Source: Corallochytrium limacisporum Hawaii (Eukaryota > Protista > Pluriformea). From it: a stretch of 64,000 nucleotides of DNA. The position numbers and the translations under genes were made by a program. The notes beneath the pieces are model-generated. The model was not told where the DNA came from. It searched no databases and saw nothing but the letters and a program-made list of their open reading frames with translations. The stretch is taken from positions 66,435-130,434 of the forward strand of contig PDIP01000011.1 of NCBI GenBank assembly GCA_002811645.1, written 5' to 3'. Below are positions 11,701-20,953 of the stretch, piece by piece (within the stretch, counting starts at the first letter, position 1; every line of letters starts with the position of its first letter).

Positions 11701-11969
11701 TGTTCAGTGCCACGTTCGTTGAGAAGGCCTTCCGATTACGCGGTCGTACATATCTGAGCAGCCATCTCGTGAGCGCATACCGTGCTGCCTTAAATGAAGC
11801 GCTCATGGAACAGGGTCTGGATCATATCAACCCTCAACTCAAGCGCATCTATCCGATCCCATTCGATGAGATTGAAATGCCCAGTCGCATCGGCCCTGGG
11901 CCAGAGTATGATCGCATCAGTGCCAGCCTTTCGTGGCTCCAGGACATCAACGCCGAATCCCTTGCATAG
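8715..11969 (+). CDS. Multi-pass membrane protein: TMEM181/Wntless-like 8-TM module fused to a C-terminal class-3 lipase
   Basis: 1084 aa. One TM, a ~225-aa luminal domain, then 7 TMs with W..EQK...LL.L..FQDPLF and YLYMLAYVYLP (TMEM181-like). Lipase motifs IVVAFRGT, VHSGF, FTGHSLGGALA, YSFGAPRVGN, DLVTNLP and SH. Confidence 0.85.
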   Translation: MSSERVFGKPKAQPVLRSPAGKQAQSRLTAEDEIARLPSGSHVRTSRLHSFKKPINSESSHGTPYGSLTSAGTLDRTPQKSSVTDADLSPTMQPTSAEAINVNSGASASKDTDHEADKAVSQMDLGSSVSDPRAEQNSIDDETRPLMPLSRRRSFDSNSTATHGGGGTFLGLAGEPRIRLEVLGQASLSVILGLTYLSLIMAIVSTVFVKPFYRFETDILWTSECIDGNPPAPRSNQDVTSCLETNGTVWKVQAVEWSSLRGPPQLNVDLSMIISENDEELRECGELDFIMPEAPFNQPQGHRHMTARKQEVDHDWGVMNSDHRDIIAGSEDGKIVRLHYNMTLYQLNWKNGHAAKYPFRRVEGLYMDVMLRNNTSTTARVASTATLVRRVDFLSPDLTVSPDIFHGWAVAIEFNMKISHHSHAAFSISHRNGRYELADLIIRGVLLCISIGFVAYYMHRLFRYEGSVALWMSEQKYILVALLGLVSFQDPLFAWSKLTLSMTADVLSMICISAGVSTIGTSWLLFANLMRYELDEPLPENFSRGKVLWGFGCFTMLVGFHLTAWILFASDPDALGYEKVLRPLSQLVIYPVLVASLIWLCVSIYQTRKTLRSQPYLRNRFRHLAFNFYLMQNGLVVMYWIIQSAAYLLASSQMEDFVASDEFGMSDTGTVIMISVYLYMLAYVYLPVDNRTMIYNKINNVISHHFGVDYGSTSGSHSSLSAAPIDGRLTPRHAASRSVSGSPSPLARRQLNHRNPRTAFSLWIARWLLDYAEQAFYDPEGVTTVSGWGKMDPERYRFEIANFIVHEETDCNCLVAKCGSNIVVAFRGTSSTTNWMSNARMHRKPIPRAEVPNQRAHDLMRHAFQSTFQRATVHSGFWNMFKSIETTLKDTLLELTSAGGIRHVYFTGHSLGGALAVLAGSHLYRFLSAPIAIYSFGAPRVGNAGFANMADMAVPCTYRIVMDGDLVTNLPKHWHFGNPYKHSGYEIIVDELGNVLFSATFVEKAFRLRGRTYLSSHLVSAYRAALNEALMEQGLDHINPQLKRIYPIPFDEIEMPSRIGPGPEYDRISASLSWLQDINAESLA

Positions 11970-12443
11970 TAGCTGTTCCGATGACAAGGCCAAATCAGAT
12001 GCTCTCGTTTGCTGCCTTGGCAAACTAACCATCACCACTAGTATACATTAATTTACTTACGTGCATTATTATACAATCGAAGCAGTTGTAGTTGACTTGT
12101 TTATTGGGTCCCCCTACCGAATGGGCTGTTGTTGAGAAACACGGGTGTCCTTGCCTTGTCTTCCAATAAACCAGTTCCTTGCCCTTCTTTCTCCCCCTCC
12201 CCCCGCCCCCCCCCCTCCGGTGGGGGGCGGGCGATCCATTTGTCAAGGGGAATGCGGAAAGCTATTTGGCCGCCGTTGCATGTCCGGACGGTCCGTACCG
12301 CTGCCGTACTCACACAAACAGGCTGATGTGGCACGTGACGAGCGATAGTGAGCCTGGACATCAGACTTCCGTATACAGAACACACAACTATGATGGGTAT
12401 GACATAAGACCTGGGCACTTTTCGTCATTCAACAGAACACGAT

Positions 12444-14387
12444 ATGTTTGAGTCGTTCAAGAAGGCCCTGATGGGCAATGAAATCAATCGAGAATTCCAA
12501 ATAGGACCACAGATCGCTTCTGCCGGGCCAGAGGGGTTGTGGCGCATTCATGATGGAAAGGAGAAAAAAACAAACAGACCGTGCGCAATATGGATCCTCG
12601 ACAAGCAGCAGCTCTTGGACCGAGGAGTAGTCGGTGGCCTGGCGATGGACGCTGTACTGAAGATCTGTCGGAACGAGATCCAGACGCTCAGCAGGGTTCG
12701 ACATCCTGGTTTTCTGATGGTTATGAAAGGGGCATGTGAGGACAGGACCTCCCTAATATTTGCAACAGAACCAATTCACGTCAATGTTGCCAATATGTTG
12801 GGGCAGTGCCCCAATCTGGCACCTATCCCACAGAGGCTGCTGGATGCACAGCCTCAATCCAAGAAAGACGATGTCAGTCTCCGCTACGGACTAGCCAAAG
12901 TTGCGGAGAGTCTGAGGTTTTTGCATACCAATGCACATATTGTTCATAGAAACATACAGCCGGGATCACTGTTCATCACACCATCCGGAGATTGGAAAAT
13001 TGCGGGTTTGGCTCACGCACGTTTTGTGGAGGAATTGACAGGCACATCTGCTCACGAACGCATTGACTACGACCTCGACAGTGTTCCGGGCCGTCATTCA
13101 CAGACTCTGCTTCTAACCCGACCAGATCTCAACTTTGTGGCGCCTGAATGTATCCAGGAACACCGCGCAACTGCAGAGGCTGACATCTTTTGTTTGGGTC
13201 TGGTCCTTTACGCCTTTTACTGCCGCGGTCACAGCCCGATCAACTGTGGTCCCACGGACATTGAATCCTACCAGAATCAGACCCGCAAGCTCTTCCAGAA
13301 TTCAGAATACTATATCACATCGCAAACCACGCTACCGAATGATGTCTTGCAAACGGTTCTGGCCTGCTTGCGGGAATTGCCCCAGATGCGGATCAGTCTC
13401 GATCAGCTATTGCAGTCACCCATGTTCGACACTATTGAGGTGCTGTGCCTTCGCTTTCTTGACAACTTTCTTGCCAAGGACCAGGCTGTCAAGATTGATT
13501 TTCTCAAGAAACTAAGCACTGTGCTCAAAAACTTCCGGCCGGATATGCGTGTGCAGAAGATCCTTCCGCCACTATTCACGGAAATGAAGAATGAAGGTAT
13601 GGAAGTGTATTGCTTGCCTCTGATTGTTCGAGCCAGCTCAAATTTGGACAACATCACCTTTGAACGCTCAGTCTTTGTACACATTCGGGAGAGCATCCGC
13701 AAGGCCCAACGCGCAGACATGCTGCAGGCCATCATCCGTCTTTCTGGCATCTTCTGTGAGAAGCTCGATAAGCCAAATTTTGAAGGGTATGTGATGCCTG
13801 CTCTCATCACGGCCTTAAAATCTGGTAATCCTCAGACCCAATGTCTGTGCATCATGCACCTGAAGGACTATCTTACTCATATCGATGCTAAAGTCGTGGA
13901 GAAGCAAATTATCCCCACTTTCTGTTTGCTGCTAGAGACGACAACCTCGGCGTCAGTACAGAAAGAGTGTCTGCAGGCCCTGATTGACAGCTCTGAACAT
14001 CTCTCACCAAGCAATGTATCTCAGCAGATTTTGCCTTCCATGCAAAAAACAACGCCTCTGGATGAGGTTAACATTGTTGGATTTACAAGAGTAATTGTGA
14101 AATTCGGCAAACAAAAATCAAGTGATGGCAACGGTGCTTTTCTAAGCAATGATGTAATTATTGACCTGCTGGTTCCCATGCTACTCAATTTGTCACGAGA
14201 TCCCAAATTGCTAACAGCAGGTAGGCACAAGACTGTCTTTGATGGGATAAAGACTTTGATCATACACATTGAGCAATTGCAGAAGAGTATATTAACACAG
14301 AGAAAGCGTACAGGCACATCCAAGTTAGAGGTGACCAACCCAAGACCCACCCCCATCTCAAGTCAGAGTGCGAATTTGTTGGATTAA
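12444..14387 (+). CDS. SCYL2: SCY1-like pseudokinase 2 (CVAK104-like) with HEAT repeats
   Basis: N-terminal GN.I.REF.IG.QIASAGP..LWRIHDG, LSRVRHP, FLH.NA.IVHRNIQP and GDWKIAG, followed by helical repeats. Confidence 0.88.
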   Translation: MFESFKKALMGNEINREFQIGPQIASAGPEGLWRIHDGKEKKTNRPCAIWILDKQQLLDRGVVGGLAMDAVLKICRNEIQTLSRVRHPGFLMVMKGACEDRTSLIFATEPIHVNVANMLGQCPNLAPIPQRLLDAQPQSKKDDVSLRYGLAKVAESLRFLHTNAHIVHRNIQPGSLFITPSGDWKIAGLAHARFVEELTGTSAHERIDYDLDSVPGRHSQTLLLTRPDLNFVAPECIQEHRATAEADIFCLGLVLYAFYCRGHSPINCGPTDIESYQNQTRKLFQNSEYYITSQTTLPNDVLQTVLACLRELPQMRISLDQLLQSPMFDTIEVLCLRFLDNFLAKDQAVKIDFLKKLSTVLKNFRPDMRVQKILPPLFTEMKNEGMEVYCLPLIVRASSNLDNITFERSVFVHIRESIRKAQRADMLQAIIRLSGIFCEKLDKPNFEGYVMPALITALKSGNPQTQCLCIMHLKDYLTHIDAKVVEKQIIPTFCLLLETTTSASVQKECLQALIDSSEHLSPSNVSQQILPSMQKTTPLDEVNIVGFTRVIVKFGKQKSSDGNGAFLSNDVIIDLLVPMLLNLSRDPKLLTAGRHKTVFDGIKTLIIHIEQLQKSILTQRKRTGTSKLEVTNPRPTPISSQSANLLD

Positions 14388-14483
14388 ATTGAATTCATTA
14401 GAAAGATACATTCTAAATTGAATAATTTACACAGGGTTAGGAATCATAGTATTATGTTTTGAATATATAATTTACATGTTAAA

Positions 14484-15242
14484 TCACGGTCGTCGATAGA
14501 TCCATACAGAATGGATGCCTTGCTCGCCGGCGGGGTCCACAATTTTGTAGTTGGGTTTCCATGTTGCCAATTTAAACCGACACGCAATGACAGTCCCGTT
14601 AGGCATCATTTCCGCAGCCATTTTCCTTTCGAGGTCAGACATCATTTCTTTAACACCGAACACTACAATATGGTCATATGTGGAAATATCGAATTTCCAA
14701 AGATCGTTGCAATAGAATCTCGTATTTTTGCTCACTCCACTGCGGAATGCACTCCACTTTGACCAATATACAAGAGGGCGATTCAATTCCACGCCTTCTG
14801 CTTGATAGCCTGCCTTGGCAGCTGCAATCACCACCCTACCATCGCCTGAGCCAATATCCAAAACTTTCCTTGCATTTCCACGCCTTAGGGCATCGAGGAC
14901 CATTTCTATTTGCTTCGGTCCCGCTGGTACGTACGGTAAGGGGTGCTTTCTCAAGACTGGGCTTACAAAGGGGGCAACCAGGACAGCCCCTGTAAGGAGC
15001 AGACCTGCTGTTCCACCTACCAGCCACTTTCCCCAAGAAGTCTTCACTGTCGAGGCTACATTGTCTTCTTCTGCATCGGCGAACCAGTTATGTCGAGGGG
15101 CTTGATCTGTGTCGGTGCTCCCAGGGCCAGGAGGGTCTACCATAGTCATATCTCTAGACTGGTGTGACATATTGTTCTGCTCCCCTAGCTCATCATGATC
15201 CATCAATACAGGAAAGCCAGCTCTTGATTTGTCCTCACACAT
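14484..15242 (-). CDS. FAM173-family (ATPSCKMT/ANTKMT-like) mitochondrial protein lysine methyltransferase; start codon uncertain
   Basis: TM segment followed by PF.SP.LRK..LPYVPA, VLDIGSGDGRVVIAAA, GVELN..LV.WS, VVFGV..MM..LE.K and VIACRF. Confidence 0.9.
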   Translation of the reverse strand: MCEDKSRAGFPVLMDHDELGEQNNMSHQSRDMTMVDPPGPGSTDTDQAPRHNWFADAEEDNVASTVKTSWGKWLVGGTAGLLLTGAVLVAPFVSPVLRKHPLPYVPAGPKQIEMVLDALRRGNARKVLDIGSGDGRVVIAAAKAGYQAEGVELNRPLVYWSKWSAFRSGVSKNTRFYCNDLWKFDISTYDHIVVFGVKEMMSDLERKMAAEMMPNGTVIACRFKLATWKPNYKIVDPAGEQGIHSVWIYRRP

Positions 15243-15674
15243 GAATCATGATGAAGGTTTCAGTGCATGATCATTGCTATACCCCTCAAGTAGTCAAGGC
15301 ATGCTGCATGGCAGACGAAGCAAGCGCTCCAGCTTGGATGCCTCACGGCTGTGTTCCCTTCCCGCTTTTCTCCCGGGCACCCCCCACGCAGTCGCTCGGC
15401 TGCTCCCCTCCTTTCTGCATTGGCTTTGGCGCCAAGGGGGGAGGAGAACGAGACGACAAGCGCAGTGACAGCTGTCCATTGTGGCGGAAGACAGTTGCTA
15501 TTTGGGACTATGATAATCATCACAGTGACTTGCGATAATATGGAATTATGTAGAAGGAAGAGTGAAAGATGATCGCTTGCTAAAATGCACTTCTAAAGCT
15601 GGTATCGGATACAATATGTAAACCATTTGGCAAAAGGCAATACATTAGAGTCCTCACAGTTCAGATAGAAAGCC

Positions 15675-16430
15675 ATGTTCAATGTGCAGCGCAATCAGGC
15701 ACCAGGCATGGTCCCGCAGCAGAACAGCTTGAGTGTATTGGAGCGTGCTAACTTCAATATTAGCGCCCTGTATGCAGCTCCGGTGAAATTTGAGGATATG
15801 CCCGAAGATGCGCGGAACAAAGTGGCAGAGTTCCACACTAATTTAGACAAGTTCTGCAAGCAACAGAACGAAGTAATTCGGAGTCTTCAGAACAACCCAC
15901 TCACAGAACTTAATGACTTACAGCAGAAACTGCACGCTGCTAATGAAACCCATGCGTCACTGGAGACAGAACTGCAGCTTTGCAAGGTGAAGGTCGTGGC
16001 GCTGAGGAGCCAGAGTTCGGCAGACGCACGTGAAGCAGCGAGTCGTGGAGGCAATGCCACCTTCACCGGAGGTCAGGCAGGGGCGGGAAACGTACGTCAG
16101 CAGCAGCCTCTGCAACACCTCTTTGCTGGAGTGAACGACGCGAGCCTGAACGAATTCTTTGCGTCGCAGATGGTCAAATTGGAGGGGCGATTGCAGGCAA
16201 CCCGGAAGGCACTAAATGAGATATCCAACAATGTTAAGACACGGTACGATGAACAGGCTACCAATCCACAAGTACTGAGTCAAGTCATTCAACAGGAAAA
16301 TGAGGCATTTCTAAGCTTGGCTGGAGAGATGGCGGCCTTACACGAGCATGTAGAGATCCTAAAGGAGGATTTCCAGCGTGTAATGCGGCATTATGGCGTC
16401 AAGGACGATGCCATGTTCGGTGCACAGTAA
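15675..16430 (+). CDS. Nup58/Nup49-like nucleoporin, coiled-coil core only
   Basis: KFEDMPE start of the coiled coil, FF..MV..LE.RL, and C-terminal AFLSLAGEMAALHEHVEILKEDF matching the Nup58 FVALAA.L..IHE.V..LKE.Y pattern. Confidence 0.7.
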   Translation: MFNVQRNQAPGMVPQQNSLSVLERANFNISALYAAPVKFEDMPEDARNKVAEFHTNLDKFCKQQNEVIRSLQNNPLTELNDLQQKLHAANETHASLETELQLCKVKVVALRSQSSADAREAASRGGNATFTGGQAGAGNVRQQQPLQHLFAGVNDASLNEFFASQMVKLEGRLQATRKALNEISNNVKTRYDEQATNPQVLSQVIQQENEAFLSLAGEMAALHEHVEILKEDFQRVMRHYGVKDDAMFGAQ

Positions 16431-16478
16431 TGATACATTTATGATCGTAGAGCTATAGAGCACTCTGTTCAGATATCT

Positions 16479-18720
16479 TTAAATTTCAAACTTTATGAGT
16501 ACGGGCTTTACTTTGAGACTGCCACCAGTTGGGTGTTCCTTGCTTTACTGGTTGGGGTGGAATCAACAAAAGACGAGACTGGAAAGGCGGTCATTGAAGT
16601 GGGCAATTATGGTCCCATCAAGCGGTTCGCAATGGATCAAGTCTTGCAAACAACACCATCAATGTCATGCATTGGCAACTCTACGCTGGGCATCAGCAAT
16701 ATGTTCAATGCGGCTCATGGGCTCATCGAGCTGGTCGAAAACTACGGTTGGCTTTTCTTCGCATATTGAATCAGCAGTGTACAAGTTGTGGGCCTCAACA
16801 CACATTTGGTGCATCAACTTGGCATTGAGCATGGCACGACCACACTACTCACAGAGAATTGCCAACTTCATGAGACCGTAGGAGACAGACTTGGTAAGAC
16901 TGTCAACGCTAAAGGCACTGGCGAATTCCTGAAAAGTAGGCTGCATGGAGAGGACCAGTCCGGACAGCAACTTGAACTCAGAGACTGACTCAGAGCTCGT
17001 GCGGGTGCTTCCTGGAGACCATTTTTGAATGACATTGGGCAGCGCAGCTACGCTCTTGGTGGGTTGTGGATTGGGCTCATAGAGCGTGAGCAATAGAGAG
17101 CTCGGGTGCATCTCGAGGCTTCCTTTAATGACGATATCGCCGGTCCGTACTCCACGACTGTCGCCGTCCCGTAGAAGCTAGATCTTGGAGGCCGAGAGGT
17201 GTCAAATGTGGGCACTGCACTGGTAAGACCTGGTGCTGCACCTGTTCGCGAGTGAGATTTTCGTAGGGCTACGAGGAATTGCTCGACGTAGCGTATATGC
17301 TCATCGACGGCCAGGCCACGGGCCGCAGTGTGTCGTTCGATCAAGTGGAACACAAATACTTCCAGTGCCATGAACTTCCTGTTTTCCTTATTATTTGGGT
17401 CATGGAGAGACTGCTCTCCAATCTATCTGAGACTCTTATCGCAGAGATTTGGGTCTAAATAGTTTCCATGGTTTGCTGGAAGACTTTCTTGGCATGGTAT
17501 TCCTGGATGCGACTTGAGAATGGGACTTCAGTGTGGGTATCCGTTCTGTTCAAGTGCTGAAGACATCCACGGGCGTACATGAAGACATCTAAGTGCTTGA
17601 AGCTCAAACTTCCTTCCATGAATTGCGCAAAAAGCCCACATACGGAATGCTGGATCTAATCCCTAGAACTGTCCTTATGAAACGATCTATGTCAGATTTG
17701 ATAACGTCTGGCTCACCACAGGATTCGAAGTACACTCGTGCCATCATAAGAAGACTGCGGCGGGGCTTGGCCGCGGCCATCCTGGGCCGCATCGGAATTT
17801 TCCTTAAGGTCATAAATGCCCTCGATGCTTTGGGACACTCTGCCTAGATCCATGGTCTCATCGAGCTCAGAATTGAGGCCACCATCAGTAGCAGCCAGCG
17901 CACCCTAAATCCTGGAAACAAGCAAGACGGACCCAGTGTCATCAAGCGATTTATAGTCGCGGCCGGGCTCAGAGCATCGTGCGGTAACTTGCCTTGTGAG
18001 CCTTTCCTTTGCTACCCTGTTTCTTGGAAACCTGGCTGAAGTCAATACCAATCTGTTGCCAATGGCTGAGCTTGGCCTTTGCAAACTCTAGCTGCATCTC
18101 TGTCAGGTGGGTCAGCAATTGCCTAGCCATCCTGCGGCTGGCAGGATTCAGAGTTGGTCTCAATTCGCTGTTTGCGGTCGACTCTTCTTCATCAACACAT
18201 GAAGTGACTTGCTGACGTGCATGATTGAAGACCATTGACTCCAGTTGTTGGGCCGGGTCAGGGCTGCGCTGTGTGATCATTGGTCCTTCCCACCGGAAAC
18301 TGACATCTTCGGGCGTACATCCTCGCCGTTTTAACAAATGCCCGAATCGCTTTGAAGTGTTTGGGTAGTTCCAGAGAGGTTGTTCCCTTTGATTTTGATT
18401 AATTGATGGAAGTCTAAGGGTTTGGGCCGATTGAGGACGCGGTGGCAGGATTGCCGGGCTAATTCTGCCGGCGTCTAGTGCCTCCAGCTGGGCTGAGACC
18501 CGAGCAATCTTCCCTTCGAGGTCCTCCGCGTGCTTCTTTCTTTCCCGATGACTTTCTTTCGGATCTCGGTTAGGAATGATCCATGTTCTACTTAGAGGAG
18601 CATTCTGAGGTCATGGAGAAGATAGTATTCCTTACAAGTTCATAGTGATGACAAATCTTTCGCTTGTCACTCCTACATCTCAGCGCAGAGACTTCACTAC
18701 GTTCTTTGATCCCTCGGAAC
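16479..18720 (-). pseudogene. Decayed ~700-codon gene of unknown family with a coiled-coil N-terminal part
   Basis: Protein-like reading continues across many in-frame stops and frameshifts, e.g. EYYLLHDLRMLL*VEHGSFLTEIRKK / RKKHAEDLEGKIARVSAQLEAL and LAILCE*CGRAMLNAKLMHQMC...ANA*H*WCCLQDLIHCEP. Confidence 0.6.
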
Positions 18721-18833
18721 GATGCCGTTCCAATCACTTGTCATTGCAAGGGTCCCTAGGTCCGTGTATTATGTTACTGACTGTCAACAAGTCAGTTTGT
18801 GGCGTTTTTTAATCTCACAAATTACACCATGCG

Positions 18834-18917
18834 CTGGTACCTCCAAAGCATCACTTCGCCTGAGACCGCGATCAACTGGTACCTCCAAAGCATCACTTCG
18901 CCTGAGACCGCGATCAG
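18834..18917. repeat. Near-perfect 42-bp tandem duplication
   Basis: CTGGTACCTCCAAAGCATCACTTCGCCTGAGACCGCGATCA(A/G) x2. Confidence 0.95.
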
Positions 18918-19110
18918 TTCGTATGGGGGGAAAGGCGCCAGCCACCTCGGATGGATACGTTTGAGTGGGTGAGTCTTCTCGGGTGACAGAAACACAATCA
19001 ACTATAAATCAAAGTAAATCATGTGCCATTTTCCACCACGTTGAACTGATTGTCCCAAAACAATCATAGATCAAGACCTTCCATCCGAACGGTATATTTA
19101 CTATGGGGTT

Positions 19111-19154
19111 CTGAATCAGTAAGTGATTTTGTTGCTATGAGGATCCTAACTTAC
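19111..19154 (-). other. 44-nt spliceosomal intron candidate in the 5' leader of the decayed gene
   Basis: Minus strand reads GTAAGT...TACTGATTCAG: canonical donor, branch-point-like motif and CAG acceptor. Confidence 0.6.
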
Positions 19155-19898
19155 ATCCCCGCTCACTTTACCATACTTAGGGCATGGGAAGAGGTCCGGC
19201 TCTAAGGAGGATGAGGTAATATTTTGATAGTGACTGGGTCCCGCCGGCCTAGACCTGGTCCGTGGAGCCTCCTAAGCCCATGAACTAACTGTGAGAACCT
19301 GCATTCCACCCAATATTGGACTGTTATGCTTCGCAACGACTTAGACGAACTGTATACCCACAGCCTTAACGTGCCCAAATGGTTGGTAGTGACTCCACGT
19401 AATCCCAAGTTGAGATGATCGAGTACAAATTGTATGGTCTTGTGTGCATAGAAATCGCGTCCGTATGATGTGCACAACACCACTACCACACCAGTGGTGC
19501 AGGGGCCACACAAGAGACATCCCCTCCCCCGCGCCTTTTGGTACACCAGTATTCAATCTATTCGCCAGGAAGAGGCCATAGGGGAGCGAACATGCAGTGC
19601 TCGCTCGCTCGCGGTCTCACCCCAGAAGGAGGGAGGCTGGCGGGTGCAAAAAAAAAGGGATAGCCTGAATACGCTTCCACTGGCTCCTAAATTCGGTAGT
19701 CACTTGCCACCGTGGAAGGTACTCCAATGGGAGGTAGGAGAAGATGAAAATGCGATTGTGTAGCGACTACGCATGCTGTCTAGGGCTTGAAACGAGTGTG
19801 CATTAGGACGACTACACTTGTTCATGATCATCGAAAGGAAAAACATGTAGAGGAATACCCTGCTTGCAAGAACTAAACCGCTACACATACAACCAAGT

Positions 19899-20828
19899 AT
19901 GGCATCTCGTGAGGTCTTTGTTGATCTAACAGCTGGAACCTTTGGAGGTTGCTTCGGTACCTTAGTCGGGCAGCCACTAGATACCATCAAGGTCAGACTG
20001 CAGGCAGAAGCCGCTTTGCCACAGTCGGGTTCACGGCAACTGTACAATGGCACATTTGACTGCATCTCGAAAACTTTCCGCAACGAAGGCATTTTGGGTT
20101 TCTACCGTGGAATGGCTACACCGTTGGCTGGCGCAGGTGTTTTGAATGCAGTGCTGTTCTGCAGCTACGGACTAAGCAACCGAATCCTGGGGGAGGACCG
20201 GAAGCAAGGATACTTCGGAGTCTTTGTGAGCGGTAGCATTGCGGGATTCTTCACCGGGGCAGTGAGCGCGCCTATCGAATTGATCAAGTGCCGTCTGCAG
20301 GTTATGCATGACAGCAATCAAATGGGACGGGTACGTAGAGCAGTACGACAGTTGCTGCAGACAGAAGGCATAGTGGGACTTACCCGAGGTCTAGGGACCA
20401 CGCTGATTCGAGACACACCGAGTTATGGTGTGTACTTCCTGGCCTACGAGTACATTGTAAATCTCTTTCCCAAAGTACCGGCAGGGAAGCGGTCGTCCAC
20501 AGAGCCCTTGGACCCAGTCGATCACGAGGAGCATAGTGCCCCGGCCATGCTGATCGCTGGTGGCTTTGCCGGCTGCATCAGTTGGGCCAGCATTTACCCT
20601 GTAGATGTAATGAAGAGCAGAATGCAGGTGAGCACAAGCAACGCCGGCTTTCTAGAGTGCTGGCGGCAGGCTTTCGCTGAAGGGGGAATAAAGCTGCTTT
20701 ACCGTGGTTTAGGAGCGTCAATGGTGCGAGCGTTCCCGTTAAACGCAGCAACGTTCTACGGCTATAATATGGCCTACCGGGCTTTGATGACAGCCTCAGA
20801 GTCCGCCACTGCCTATGCAACTGATTGA
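19899..20828 (+). CDS. Mitochondrial carrier (SLC25A29/45/48-like, basic amino acid/carnitine class)
   Basis: Three Px[DE]xxKxR signatures (PLDTIKVRLQ, PIELIKCRLQ, PVDVMKSRMQ), plus GFYRGMATPL, RDTPSYGVYF and RAFPLNAATF. Confidence 0.93.
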   Translation: MASREVFVDLTAGTFGGCFGTLVGQPLDTIKVRLQAEAALPQSGSRQLYNGTFDCISKTFRNEGILGFYRGMATPLAGAGVLNAVLFCSYGLSNRILGEDRKQGYFGVFVSGSIAGFFTGAVSAPIELIKCRLQVMHDSNQMGRVRRAVRQLLQTEGIVGLTRGLGTTLIRDTPSYGVYFLAYEYIVNLFPKVPAGKRSSTEPLDPVDHEEHSAPAMLIAGGFAGCISWASIYPVDVMKSRMQVSTSNAGFLECWRQAFAEGGIKLLYRGLGASMVRAFPLNAATFYGYNMAYRALMTASESATAYATD

Positions 20829-20953
20829 TCGTACCCGTCTGTACATTACGATCCTCCTAGTCCAGTATTTGCTTTCGTCTAGTAATCATCATCATGCTTA
20901 CATCGTAATAAACTGTAATCTACTAGATATTTAAGGAGCCAGGATAGTGCTAC

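Noticed and set aside
16479-18720. Stop-codon reassignment, readthrough or selenocysteine explaining the in-frame stops
   Set aside because: All three stop types and frameshifts occur together, intact genes terminate with TAA, TAG and TGA, and no conserved gene needs readthrough.
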